This document shows positions 47,515 through 56,101 of a DNA stretch of 62,146 nt, in pieces. Origin of the DNA: a virus (lineage: Duplodnaviria; Caudoviricetes); the IMG/VR virus record IMGVR_UViG_3300021091_000076, positions 1-62,146 of that record; one strand, given 5' to 3'. A program made the position numbers and the translations under genes. The notes under the pieces were generated by a model that saw only the letters and a list, made by a program, of their open reading frames with translations, had not been told where the DNA came from and did no database searches. How positions within the stretch are numbered: position 1 is the stretch's first letter; each line of letters opens with the position of its first letter.

Positions 47515-48955
47515 GATAGTCATACGAGATGAGGTCAATATAAAAGTCGAAGGGCTCAGTGTGGAAACACGGAGAAAAATCGTAAACAAATTAAAATTTG
47601 ATCTTCCGTATGCTCGACATATGCCGGCTTATAAGTTAGGAAGATGGGACGGAACTAAAACTTATTTCGGTATAGGGGGCACTGGATATCTGGCACATAT
47701 TGACACTATTATCCCGATCATCGACGAGGAAGGATACGACATAGAAGTAGAAGATCTTAGACAACATCACGCATTTAATTTTGAAATCATCGATGAAAAT
47801 TATTGGTCCAGTCGAGGAAAGACTTGGCCTAAGGGACATCCGGAAGCAGGCAAATCCATCGTGTTACGTGACTATCAATATGATGTTGTTAATAAATTTT
47901 TAGAAAATCATCAAGCTCTACAGGAGGTAGCTACAGGTGCAGGAAAAACTATCACTACAGCGACGTTATCGCATCTTTGTGAGGCATATGGCCGTACGAT
48001 GGTTATTGTTCCGAACAAATCGCTTGTTGTCCAAACTGAGGAAGACTACAAAAATCTAGACCTAGACGTTGGCGTATATTTCGGCGATCGCAAAGAATTA
48101 AACAGAACACATACTATCTGTACATGGCAGAGTCTCAACATATTAGATAAGAAAAGCTATGATGACGAAACACTTACCTTAGCAGAATTTTGCGAAGGTG
48201 TAGTGGCCGTTATCGTAGACGAAGTGCATCAAGCCAAGGCCGATGTGTTAACCAAGTTACTCACACAAAACTTTAAAAATTGTGCTATTCGATGGGGACT
48301 TACTGGTACAGTTCCAAAAGAAAAATGGGAATATCAAGGATTGTTGGCCAGTATAGGACCAGTGATCAATCAAGTGTCTGCACACGAGCTACAACAAAAA
48401 GATGTATTAGCACAATTACACATTAACATTCTTCAAACTAACGAAGTGCAGGCATTTAGAAGTTATCAAGATGAGTATACATATCTTGTAACCAATCAAG
48501 AACGAATTAATTGGTTCGGCTCAAAAATTAAAGAGATATCGGCGTCGGGAAATACATTGGTGTTAGTCAATAGGATAGACACCGGCAATAAACTTATGGA
48601 TTTATTGTCAGATGCAGTTTTCATTTCTGGTGCTGTTAAATTAAGCGACAGGAAAGAAGAATATGATGAAATTAAAACTAGTGACGGCAAGATTATTGTG
48701 GCGACTTATGGTGTGGCCGCTGTGGGTATTAATATCCCTAGGATTTTTAATCTGGTTCTTCTGGAGCCCGGAAAGAGCTTTGTCAGGGTTATACAAAGTA
48801 TTGGACGAGGCATTAGGAAAGCCGAAGACAAAGACTTCGTTCAGATCTGGGACATCACCAGTGCATGTAAGTATGCCAAACGTCATCTTACCGAGCGAAA
48901 AAAATATTACAAAGAGGCCAACTATCCCTTTACAATAACCAAGGTAGACATATGA
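47501..48955 (+). CDS. uvsW: SF2 helicase UvsW-like
   Basis: LRDYQ, ATGAGKT, DEVH, GLTGT and QSIGRGIR motifs. Probable TTG start at 47501 after AAGGAAG. Confidence 0.9.
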   Translation: MSNCKIVIRDEVNIKVEGLSVETRRKIVNKLKFDLPYARHMPAYKLGRWDGTKTYFGIGGTGYLAHIDTIIPIIDEEGYDIEVEDLRQHHAFNFEIIDENYWSSRGKTWPKGHPEAGKSIVLRDYQYDVVNKFLENHQALQEVATGAGKTITTATLSHLCEAYGRTMVIVPNKSLVVQTEEDYKNLDLDVGVYFGDRKELNRTHTICTWQSLNILDKKSYDDETLTLAEFCEGVVAVIVDEVHQAKADVLTKLLTQNFKNCAIRWGLTGTVPKEKWEYQGLLASIGPVINQVSAHELQQKDVLAQLHINILQTNEVQAFRSYQDEYTYLVTNQERINWFGSKIKEISASGNTLVLVNRIDTGNKLMDLLSDAVFISGAVKLSDRKEEYDEIKTSDGKIIVATYGVAAVGINIPRIFNLVLLEPGKSFVRVIQSIGRGIRKAEDKDFVQIWDITSACKYAKRHLTERKKYYKEANYPFTITKVDI

Positions 48956-49458
48956 AAATTTTAACATTAAACAACGTGGCATTTGATTTGAACGATTTGC
49001 CAGACGAAGTAGACGAAGATACTAGATTTTCGGTATTAGATAATTCAAATCCTGCCGAACCAGATTTCTTTTTTATGCCTTTGATCTTTTTAGAATCTTT
49101 TAATAGTCCTGCTATATTATTAAACATTGGAGGACATGAAGTACAGATGCCTCTAGATTGGTGTATGGTAGTAGGCGACAAAGATTGTGGTTTAGATCCC
49201 GAAGTGTTGCCCTTAACAAGTTTGAACGAAAGAGGCTTTGATGCATTTGTGTTCAATCCGATCAAAGGATTTAAATGCGAATATATGCCTATCGAAATCG
49301 TAAACATCTATCAAGATGTTCGCTGGTATTTTCCTAAAATGAAAAATGGACAATTACTAACTGTACCGTTAAGTGACGAGGAGAATCCGCCTTGTGTATT
49401 TTTTGTCAAAGAAATTTCTAGACAAAGTGAAATCATTCATTTAGATAAAGTAATTTGA
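48952..49458 (+). CDS. Hypothetical protein
   Basis: 168-aa ORF with an ATGA overlap. Confidence 0.7.
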   Translation: MKILTLNNVAFDLNDLPDEVDEDTRFSVLDNSNPAEPDFFFMPLIFLESFNSPAILLNIGGHEVQMPLDWCMVVGDKDCGLDPEVLPLTSLNERGFDAFVFNPIKGFKCEYMPIEIVNIYQDVRWYFPKMKNGQLLTVPLSDEENPPCVFFVKEISRQSEIIHLDKVI

Positions 49459-49700
49459 TGCCAATGGACAGCCTTATGTGGCAAGAAACAGATGACGAGG
49501 CGTTCAAAAGAAGATGTATCGGATGGGAACTTAAATATCTTCTATGGCCAAGACGTTGTCATTACACAAGAAGATTATTGTGGCTCACATGGGCTTATAT
49601 AGGAGCATCTGTGCTGACTGGACCCGGAGATCCTATATTTGATTATCGCTGGTGTGAAAGACATGAATATTTGTTTTTGAAAATAAAAGGAACGATATGA
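49458..49700 (+). CDS. Hypothetical protein
   Basis: Trp-rich ORF with WPRRC and TGPGDP. Coupled on both sides. Confidence 0.65.
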   Translation: MPMDSLMWQETDDEAFKRRCIGWELKYLLWPRRCHYTRRLLWLTWAYIGASVLTGPGDPIFDYRWCERHEYLFLKIKGTI

Positions 49701-50053
49701 AATCAGGTAAAGTTTGGGGAATAACAGAATTATTGGAAGCCAACGGAGTTCTGGAATTTCATCGTATTGAAGCTAAAGCAGGCGGAGTCTGCTCTAAACA
49801 TAAACACAAATACAAGTGGAATGGCTTCTTTATAGAATCAGGTAAGATGATCATTAGAGTATGGAAAAATAATTACGATCTTGTAGATGAAACATGTCTT
49901 GCAGCCGGTCAATATACTAAAGTGGCACCGGGTGAATATCATCAATTCGAAGCACTAGAAGATACAGTGGCTTTTGAATTATATTGGGCTGAATTTGATC
50001 ACGACGATATTGAAAGAGAAACTGTGGGGTTTAACAAAAATGGGAACACTTAA
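49697..50053 (+). CDS. Cupin-domain protein
   Basis: KVWG, CSKHKH...FFIESG and PGEYHQFEA motifs. Confidence 0.8.
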   Translation: MKSGKVWGITELLEANGVLEFHRIEAKAGGVCSKHKHKYKWNGFFIESGKMIIRVWKNNYDLVDETCLAAGQYTKVAPGEYHQFEALEDTVAFELYWAEFDHDDIERETVGFNKNGNT

Positions 50054-50309
50054 AGCGGACGCCAAATACATATATGAACGTAACGGCGACACAGTTTATG
50101 CTAGAGAATTTGGCGCTGATCCTAGCACCAGAAAAGTTATAGGATATGATTATAATCCCGACCCTACTATTTCTAATATTGCCGATAGATATTTTCTCGA
50201 AGTTGAATGGTCAAATATACTGAAGGAATCTCGTTCAAATCCCATGTTGCAAGAAGCCATAGAACGTGTTAAAATACTTTATCATCTGAGTAAACAAGAT
50301 GCCGAATAA
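50040..50309 (+). CDS. Hypothetical protein
   Basis: YIYERNGDTVYAREFG. Start revised to MGTLKA. Confidence 0.7.
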   Translation: MGTLKADAKYIYERNGDTVYAREFGADPSTRKVIGYDYNPDPTISNIADRYFLEVEWSNILKESRSNPMLQEAIERVKILYHLSKQDAE

Positions 50310-50775
50310 ACATATTGATCTTTTCAAAGAAATTATTCCTGCTGTAGATATCGGCATGAAAGAACTTTGGGATGCTGCTGAAGAAGAAGGTAAAAAAGAA
50401 ATCAAAGCCGATTTTTGGAATTTGAATAGATATATCAGTAATGTTAAATCTAACAATAGAGAATTGCAAGAACATTTTGTTTTAACAGTAAATGAATTTT
50501 ACAATAAAAATTGGGCAGCTATTCAAAAACATCCTAAGTTAGTATGGCAGACATTGTGTATGTGTAGCCACGAAAGTAAAAGAACATATTTTCACGAATA
50601 CATACCTTTGAGAACAGTAAAGAACAAAAAAGTAGAGTTTTTAGGTAAACTCTTTCCATCAACAAAGTGGAGCGATCTTGAAACACTTGCAGTTATTACC
50701 ACAGACAAAGAAATCAAACAATATTGCGAAGGCCTCGGTTGGGACAAAAAAGAGATCAATGCTATCAAGTTTTAA
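50299..50775 (+). CDS. Putative clamp-loader small subunit (T4 gp62-like)
   Basis: FWNLNRYIS, VNEFYN, HPKL and FHEYI pattern, in a replication context. Confidence 0.5.
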   Translation: MPNKHIDLFKEIIPAVDIGMKELWDAAEEEGKKEIKADFWNLNRYISNVKSNNRELQEHFVLTVNEFYNKNWAAIQKHPKLVWQTLCMCSHESKRTYFHEYIPLRTVKNKKVEFLGKLFPSTKWSDLETLAVITTDKEIKQYCEGLGWDKKEINAIKF

Positions 50776-51442
50776 ATGCGAATACTGCGGTAAAGATTTT
50801 GCCAAAGAAAAAACTTTGGCAGTGCATATCTGCGAGCAAAAAAGAAGACATCTAAGTAAAAATGAGAAACATGTTCAAGCCGGTCTAATGACATTTCAAA
50901 AATTTTACGACTTCGTTCAAAAAGGAAAAACACAAAAAACATTTGATGATTTTGCAAATAGTCCTTACTATACAGCTTTCGTGAAATTCGGTAGTTTTTT
51001 AGTGAACGCTGCACCTATATATCCTGAAAGATTTATCGAGTTTGTCATCAAAAGCGGAATAAAATTAGATCACTGGTGTCGTGATGAACTATATGAAACT
51101 TACATACAGGACCTAATAAAAATAGAACCTGCCGACGGAGCTGTGCAAAGAAGTATTACAACCATGATGGATTGGGCAGACAAAAATCAAGCACAATGGG
51201 AGCATTATTTTGCATATGTTAACTTGAACAGAGCTGCTCACGATATAAAAGAAGGACTAATAAGTCCTTGGTTAGTGTTAAATACCAAGTCGGGTAAGGA
51301 TATGTTAAAAAGAATGAACGACGAACAGTTGGATATTATTGGAGCGATTATTGATCCTAATTATTGGGCTAAAAAATTTAAATCGTTGCCTGCGGATATT
51401 GAACTGGTTAAAGACATTGTAAGGGAGGCCAAGATACTTTGA
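50759..51442 (+). CDS. Hypothetical protein with an N-terminal zinc finger
   Basis: FKCEYCGKDFAKEKTLAVHIC. Confidence 0.7.
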   Translation: MLSSFKCEYCGKDFAKEKTLAVHICEQKRRHLSKNEKHVQAGLMTFQKFYDFVQKGKTQKTFDDFANSPYYTAFVKFGSFLVNAAPIYPERFIEFVIKSGIKLDHWCRDELYETYIQDLIKIEPADGAVQRSITTMMDWADKNQAQWEHYFAYVNLNRAAHDIKEGLISPWLVLNTKSGKDMLKRMNDEQLDIIGAIIDPNYWAKKFKSLPADIELVKDIVREAKIL

Positions 51443-51657
51443 TGCCTAAAAGACCAGATCCTGAAATTGAAGAATTAAAAGATAATGAAGAGTTTATTTC
51501 TAGAGATGACATCGATATTGAAGTTAGATTGACCGAAGATAATACAGTAATGGTACAATTTTCTGGTTTTAACGACGACGAAGATGCTGAGGAGTATGCT
51601 CAATTTCTAGCAGACACACTTCCATTATTATTATTTGAAAGTACGAGATTGCAATAA
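51442..51657 (+). CDS. Hypothetical acidic protein
   Basis: TGATG and TAATG coupling to both neighbours. Confidence 0.65.
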   Translation: MPKRPDPEIEELKDNEEFISRDDIDIEVRLTEDNTVMVQFSGFNDDEDAEEYAQFLADTLPLLLFESTRLQ

Positions 51658-52235
51658 TGCCAGATATCGACATAGATTTTGTAGACAGAGAACAAGCACT
51701 GAAATTATTTCAATATACTTGTGCGAGTCGCATAGAAAATAATGAATTAGTTAAACATAATACCGGTGTATACATGCATCAAGTTCCTGTAGATCCTATA
51801 AAGAATTTATGCACATTGTCCTATGAACATGCGGAAGAACAAGGATTTTTTAAAATTGATTTTTTGAATGTTGGCATTTATAAAGGTATAAAAAACGAGG
51901 AACATCTCGTTCAATTAATGAAACAGGAGCCATTATGGGAATTACTTTTAGACGACCAATTTGTAAGTCTATTATTTCATTTGAACGGCCATGGTGCAAT
52001 TCTGAGGAAGACTTGCCCTACCTCAGTGGAACAATTAGCTGCCGTCCTAGCTATGATCCGCCCCGCGAAGAGGAATTTGATTGGGAAGACTTGGCCGGAG
52101 ATCATGACGGAAGTGTGGATTCCTCCAAAGACTGGTGAATATTATTTTAAAAAAAGCCACGCTATTGCCTACGCCATGGCTATTGTTGTACAGATGAATC
52201 TCATATGTGAACAAATAAGTTATGGATATTCTTGA
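51657..52235 (+). CDS. dnaE: Miniature DNA polymerase III alpha (family C) palm/fingers protein
   Basis: PDIDIDF, KHNTGV, GFFKIDFL, LAAVLAMIRP and YYFKKSHAIAYA motifs in only 192 aa. Confidence 0.82.
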   Translation: MPDIDIDFVDREQALKLFQYTCASRIENNELVKHNTGVYMHQVPVDPIKNLCTLSYEHAEEQGFFKIDFLNVGIYKGIKNEEHLVQLMKQEPLWELLLDDQFVSLLFHLNGHGAILRKTCPTSVEQLAAVLAMIRPAKRNLIGKTWPEIMTEVWIPPKTGEYYFKKSHAIAYAMAIVVQMNLICEQISYGYS

Positions 52236-52795
52236 TGGACTTTGATTCTTTTAGTTCTGCCCAGATGCAATCTAAACTTTGGCTAGTTCAAAGATTAGAA
52301 GATGCATTGAATGAACATCGTCCTACAGAGGAAGGATATAGATTATGGATACTGGCAGGATGGTATGGTATAACTAATTTGTTAATCAGAACCAGAAATA
52401 AAATACCTATACAAGAAATTAGATCTTTCGATATCGATCCGTCCTGTGAAAATATTGCCGATGCGATAAACAATCTTTGGGTATGGAAGGCATGGGAATT
52501 CAAAGCTCATACTGTCGATATAAATCATTTAAGCTACAATCCTAAACCGGACGTTATTGTAAACAGTGCGGTGGAACATATGATTTCAGATCAATGGTGG
52601 AAAAATATTCCTGAAAATACAATAGTATGTTTGCAAGCCAGCGACTTAGATCATAGTGATCATGTGAATAAAGTTTCGTCATCTAATGAACTTTTAAATA
52701 GATATAAATTACAAGAATGTTTTTATGAAGGAACAAAACGATTTCAATATGATCAAAATGGATTTAATAGATTTATGATCGTAGGGGTTAAGTAG
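52235..52795 (+). CDS. Class I SAM methyltransferase-like protein
   Basis: QMQSKLWL, ILAGWYG, SFDIDP, VNSAVEHM, DHVN and RFMIVG motifs. Confidence 0.6.
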   Translation: MDFDSFSSAQMQSKLWLVQRLEDALNEHRPTEEGYRLWILAGWYGITNLLIRTRNKIPIQEIRSFDIDPSCENIADAINNLWVWKAWEFKAHTVDINHLSYNPKPDVIVNSAVEHMISDQWWKNIPENTIVCLQASDLDHSDHVNKVSSSNELLNRYKLQECFYEGTKRFQYDQNGFNRFMIVGVK

Positions 52796-53159
52796 GTTTT
52801 CGGATTAAAGTAATAGATTTTCTCTTGATTCGTTTTACTATAATATCATTAAGGCTGGTACATGGCCCGAATAGTATCTTAACATCTTTGGTAGAAAAAT
52901 TCCTAATTATATACTTGAAATCAGTGATTTCTCGTAACAAGAAGATATTGATGGGAATCTGACGATTACTCTCCCACCACCAAACTTCACCCAATTCTAA
53001 AAATCTTTGTTTTTCCTGTTCTGTTTTAATTAAGGTATAATCATACATACTAGTGACCTGAGCGTCTTGATTTATGATGATTCCCACGTATTCTTGATCT
53101 ACGTGATTAAGTACACTAATGAATGGAAAATTTTGTTGTAAATTCTCTGTTATTCTCAT
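52788..53159 (-). CDS. Hypothetical protein
   Basis: 123-aa ORF with WWWESNRQIPINIFL. Confidence 0.7.
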   Translation of the reverse strand: MRITENLQQNFPFISVLNHVDQEYVGIIINQDAQVTSMYDYTLIKTEQEKQRFLELGEVWWWESNRQIPINIFLLREITDFKYIIRNFSTKDVKILFGPCTSLNDIIVKRIKRKSITLIRKPT

Positions 53160-53188
53160 AGATAAATATTGCTAAAGGTCCATAACGT

Positions 53189-54019
53189 ATGCAAGCAATT
53201 TCAGTTTATTTATATCCAAATCTAATTGATGTATTTACAAATTTGCATTCTGATTGGCTTCAAGAGAGGTATCGTAGAGTGTATAATAGAACCGTTAAAA
53301 TATATAGAGGTGTAGATAATAGAATAGATCTACAAGTAAGAAATTCAGATCAAAAAGCTGTTAGCACTTCAGGGTATAACTTTGTTTTTAGTCTTATTAA
53401 TCCCGAAACCCAGAAATTGCTATTAAGCAAAGACTGTGCAGACATTAATGATTCTAGTACAAGCAAGGGTCGTTTTTTTGTTACTTTAACACAATCTGAA
53501 TTATCAGCAATAGAGCCGGGATTTTACCATTATTCTGTCATTAGAGAGATAAGACAAGATTTGGGAGATGGAAGTTATTCGGTAACCCAAAAAGATCCTT
53601 TATATATCGACAGCCAATATGGCACCCATGCAATCATAGAAATCGGCAATAACTTACAAGGCGAACCAGTAGATAGTGTGAGGGTAATTGCATTTAAAAA
53701 TTTCGAAGCTTTCAATCCTGGAGATCAAAAATATTTTATAAGCAGTATTATCGATGCTAAACCAGAAACCAATTCGCCACAGAGCCTTCATACATTCCAA
53801 TTCAATATGACCAATTTCAGTGGTTCAATACTTATTCAAGGCAGTTTGAGTGAAGGTGGTAATCCACAGACATGGACTAATTTAGAAACTCTGGTAGCTG
53901 ATCAAGATTCGATTTTATATCAAAATATCGTTGGCAAATACAATTGGTTTAGAATAAAACATCTTCCCGATACTACTTTAACTAATTATGGGACTGTTGA
54001 CAGTATACTTTACAGATAG
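53189..54019 (+). CDS. Hypothetical structural protein (Ig-like, baseplate-upper-like)
   Basis: KIYRGVDN...NSDQK, beta-rich. TAAATA at 53163-53168. Confidence 0.6.
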   Translation: MQAISVYLYPNLIDVFTNLHSDWLQERYRRVYNRTVKIYRGVDNRIDLQVRNSDQKAVSTSGYNFVFSLINPETQKLLLSKDCADINDSSTSKGRFFVTLTQSELSAIEPGFYHYSVIREIRQDLGDGSYSVTQKDPLYIDSQYGTHAIIEIGNNLQGEPVDSVRVIAFKNFEAFNPGDQKYFISSIIDAKPETNSPQSLHTFQFNMTNFSGSILIQGSLSEGGNPQTWTNLETLVADQDSILYQNIVGKYNWFRIKHLPDTTLTNYGTVDSILYR

Positions 54020-54025
54020 TATACT
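53997..54025 (+). promoter_or_regulatory. sigma70-type promoter of the primase gene, leaderless spacing
   Basis: TTGACA-17 nt-TATACT-6 nt-ATG(54032). Confidence 0.8.
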
Positions 54026-54031
54026 ATAAAC

Positions 54032-55045
54032 ATGGCTCTTGTCTTAGATAAATTTCGAACTCTACTGCCACCTAAAACAAAAACTAGCCCGAGCGGATGG
54101 ACTAGTTTCAATGCTCCTTGCTGTCATCATAGAGGACATAAGTCTGACACTAGGAAACGTGCAGGTGTGACATTCGGAGATGGTATAGTCTACAATTGCT
54201 TCAATTGTAAATTCACTGCCAGTTGGCAACCAGGAAGGAATATAAACGAAAAGTTTAAAAATCTTTGTCGCTGGTTAGGCGCTTCTGATGACGATATAAA
54301 AGAATTAATTTTTGAAGCACTCAAGACAGAAAGCACAGATTATAAACAAGAAATATCTGAGCCTAGAGCAGTATTTTCAGAGAAAGATCTGCCGGGGGGT
54401 TCAATGCCTTTATTGAATTGGGTAAATGGCGAATATTGGAAAGACATATCTTTAGAATTAGAACCAGTTATATCCTACGTAGTTAACAGAGGCCACGATC
54501 CGTTTGACGGCAATTTTTATTGGAGCCCTGCTCAAGGTTATTCTGACAGAATCATTCTTCCATATTTTTATAATGGAAAAATAGTAGGTAACACAGCAAG
54601 AAAAATCACAGAAGGAAAGCCCAAATATATTTCAGATCAACATCCTTTCTTTGTATACAATTTAGACAATCAAGAAGAAGGAAACAAATACATATTTGTA
54701 GTTGAAGGACAGTTTGATGCATTGTCAATCGGAGGAGTGGGTCTTCTCACTAACGAAGTATCTGATCTCCAATCTAGGATAATTAACAGTATGGGCAAAC
54801 AGGTAATTGTTATACCTGATCAAGACAAAGCCGGATCTGTTTTAATTGATCAAGCAAAAAAACTTGGATGGGCCATAGCATTTCCTACGTGGGAAAAAAA
54901 TGTTAAAGATTGTGCCGATGCTGTTAAAAAATATGGTAGATTATTTGTAACAGTAGATGCTATTAAAACTGCCACAACTAATCCGGCTAAAATAGAAATT
55001 GAAAAAAGGAAACTCTTAAACGAGTTGGAAATTGAAAATGTTTAA
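54032..55045 (+). CDS. gp61: DNA primase
   Basis: Zn finger (PCC...YNCFNC), RIILP, PKY, and TOPRIM motifs VVEGQFDA and PDQDKAG. Confidence 0.9.
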   Translation: MALVLDKFRTLLPPKTKTSPSGWTSFNAPCCHHRGHKSDTRKRAGVTFGDGIVYNCFNCKFTASWQPGRNINEKFKNLCRWLGASDDDIKELIFEALKTESTDYKQEISEPRAVFSEKDLPGGSMPLLNWVNGEYWKDISLELEPVISYVVNRGHDPFDGNFYWSPAQGYSDRIILPYFYNGKIVGNTARKITEGKPKYISDQHPFFVYNLDNQEEGNKYIFVVEGQFDALSIGGVGLLTNEVSDLQSRIINSMGKQVIVIPDQDKAGSVLIDQAKKLGWAIAFPTWEKNVKDCADAVKKYGRLFVTVDAIKTATTNPAKIEIEKRKLLNELEIENV

Positions 55046-55154
55046 AAAAATAATCGAATTATTGATTTATCCTTATACAAAATTCAAAGAGAGAAGGGCT
55101 TGGAAAAAACGTTTAGAAGAATTGAAAAAACGTGATCCGTTTATATACAAATGA
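55038..55154 (+). CDS. 38-aa peptide absent from the ORF track
   Basis: MFKKIIELLIYPYTKFKERRAWKKRLEELKKRDPFIYK*. Overlaps the primase stop and is ATGA-coupled to the next gene. Confidence 0.7.
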   Translation: MFKKIIELLIYPYTKFKERRAWKKRLEELKKRDPFIYK

Positions 55155-56098
55155 TTACCTGGGGAATTAACGCATTAAATCACGGCAGTAGCCTTGCAGT
55201 GTTTGCCAATGGCAGACTGTCGATGTTTGAGTCTTGTAAATCAGATCATCTAGATTCTTCATTAATCCATAGAGCGTTTAATTATGGTGGCCCGGCTCAT
55301 ATTTTTTGGTATGAAAGACCGTGGTTAAAAAAAATAAGGCAAGCCAAGGCCGGCCAATGGCATAGAGTAGTAGATTTAGAAGATTTACCTAGAAGATATC
55401 TTAATAAGATCAATATCAAATATGCTAAATTACATTACACTCCTCATCATGGCAGTCATGCCGCTGCTGGTTATTATACTAGTCCATTTAATCACGCGGC
55501 TATTATAGTTTTAGATGCCATAGGCGAATTCGAGTGCGCCACCATATGGGAAGCCAGGTACGGAGAAATAAAAAAAGTTTGGAGTCGCAATTATCCTAAT
55601 AGTCTTGGATTATTTTATTCTGCATTTGCTCATCTCATAGGATTAAAACCTATTCTAGAAGAACATATATTTCAGCAGATGAGCGACAAGGGTGATTCTA
55701 GTCGATTCTATTCAACTGTTCTAGATTATATGTTACCTACTTTGCGTATGCCGAAAAATCTTCATCAGGGTGTAACTGACTGGCCGCATCCTATTGAGAC
55801 TGAACAAGATAGACACGACATAGCCGCAGCAGTACAAGAAGTTTTTGAAAGGCAAATAGAATTAATTCATAATCAAGCTAAAAAGTTAACTGGTGCCGAA
55901 TCTCTTGTTTATATGGGGGGATGCGCAATGAATTCTAAGGCCAATAAAAAAATTGTTGAGCCAATGTGGAAATATCGTTGGAGCCTACCTCAACCAGGAG
56001 ATCCGAGCTCTAGCATAGGTGCTGTTTTATATCATGAAAGATTTAGAGAATGGGATTGGAAGTTTGGGGTTGTAAAGCACATGGAAATTAGTGTATAA
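55151..56098 (+). CDS. Carbamoyltransferase N-terminal (Kae1-like) domain only
   Basis: HHGSHAA, LDAIGE, SLGLFY, GGCAMNSKAN and PQPGDP present. GPRALG and NTSFN of the C-domain are absent. Confidence 0.85.
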   Translation: MITWGINALNHGSSLAVFANGRLSMFESCKSDHLDSSLIHRAFNYGGPAHIFWYERPWLKKIRQAKAGQWHRVVDLEDLPRRYLNKINIKYAKLHYTPHHGSHAAAGYYTSPFNHAAIIVLDAIGEFECATIWEARYGEIKKVWSRNYPNSLGLFYSAFAHLIGLKPILEEHIFQQMSDKGDSSRFYSTVLDYMLPTLRMPKNLHQGVTDWPHPIETEQDRHDIAAAVQEVFERQIELIHNQAKKLTGAESLVYMGGCAMNSKANKKIVEPMWKYRWSLPQPGDPSSSIGAVLYHERFREWDWKFGVVKHMEISV

Positions 56099-56101
56099 TA
56101 A

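Noticed and set aside
51657-52235. Mini-DnaE as half of a split-intein gene or as a pseudogene
   Set aside because: There is no intein-like terminus, motifs from across the catalytic core lie in one compact ORF, and coupling to both neighbours is intact.
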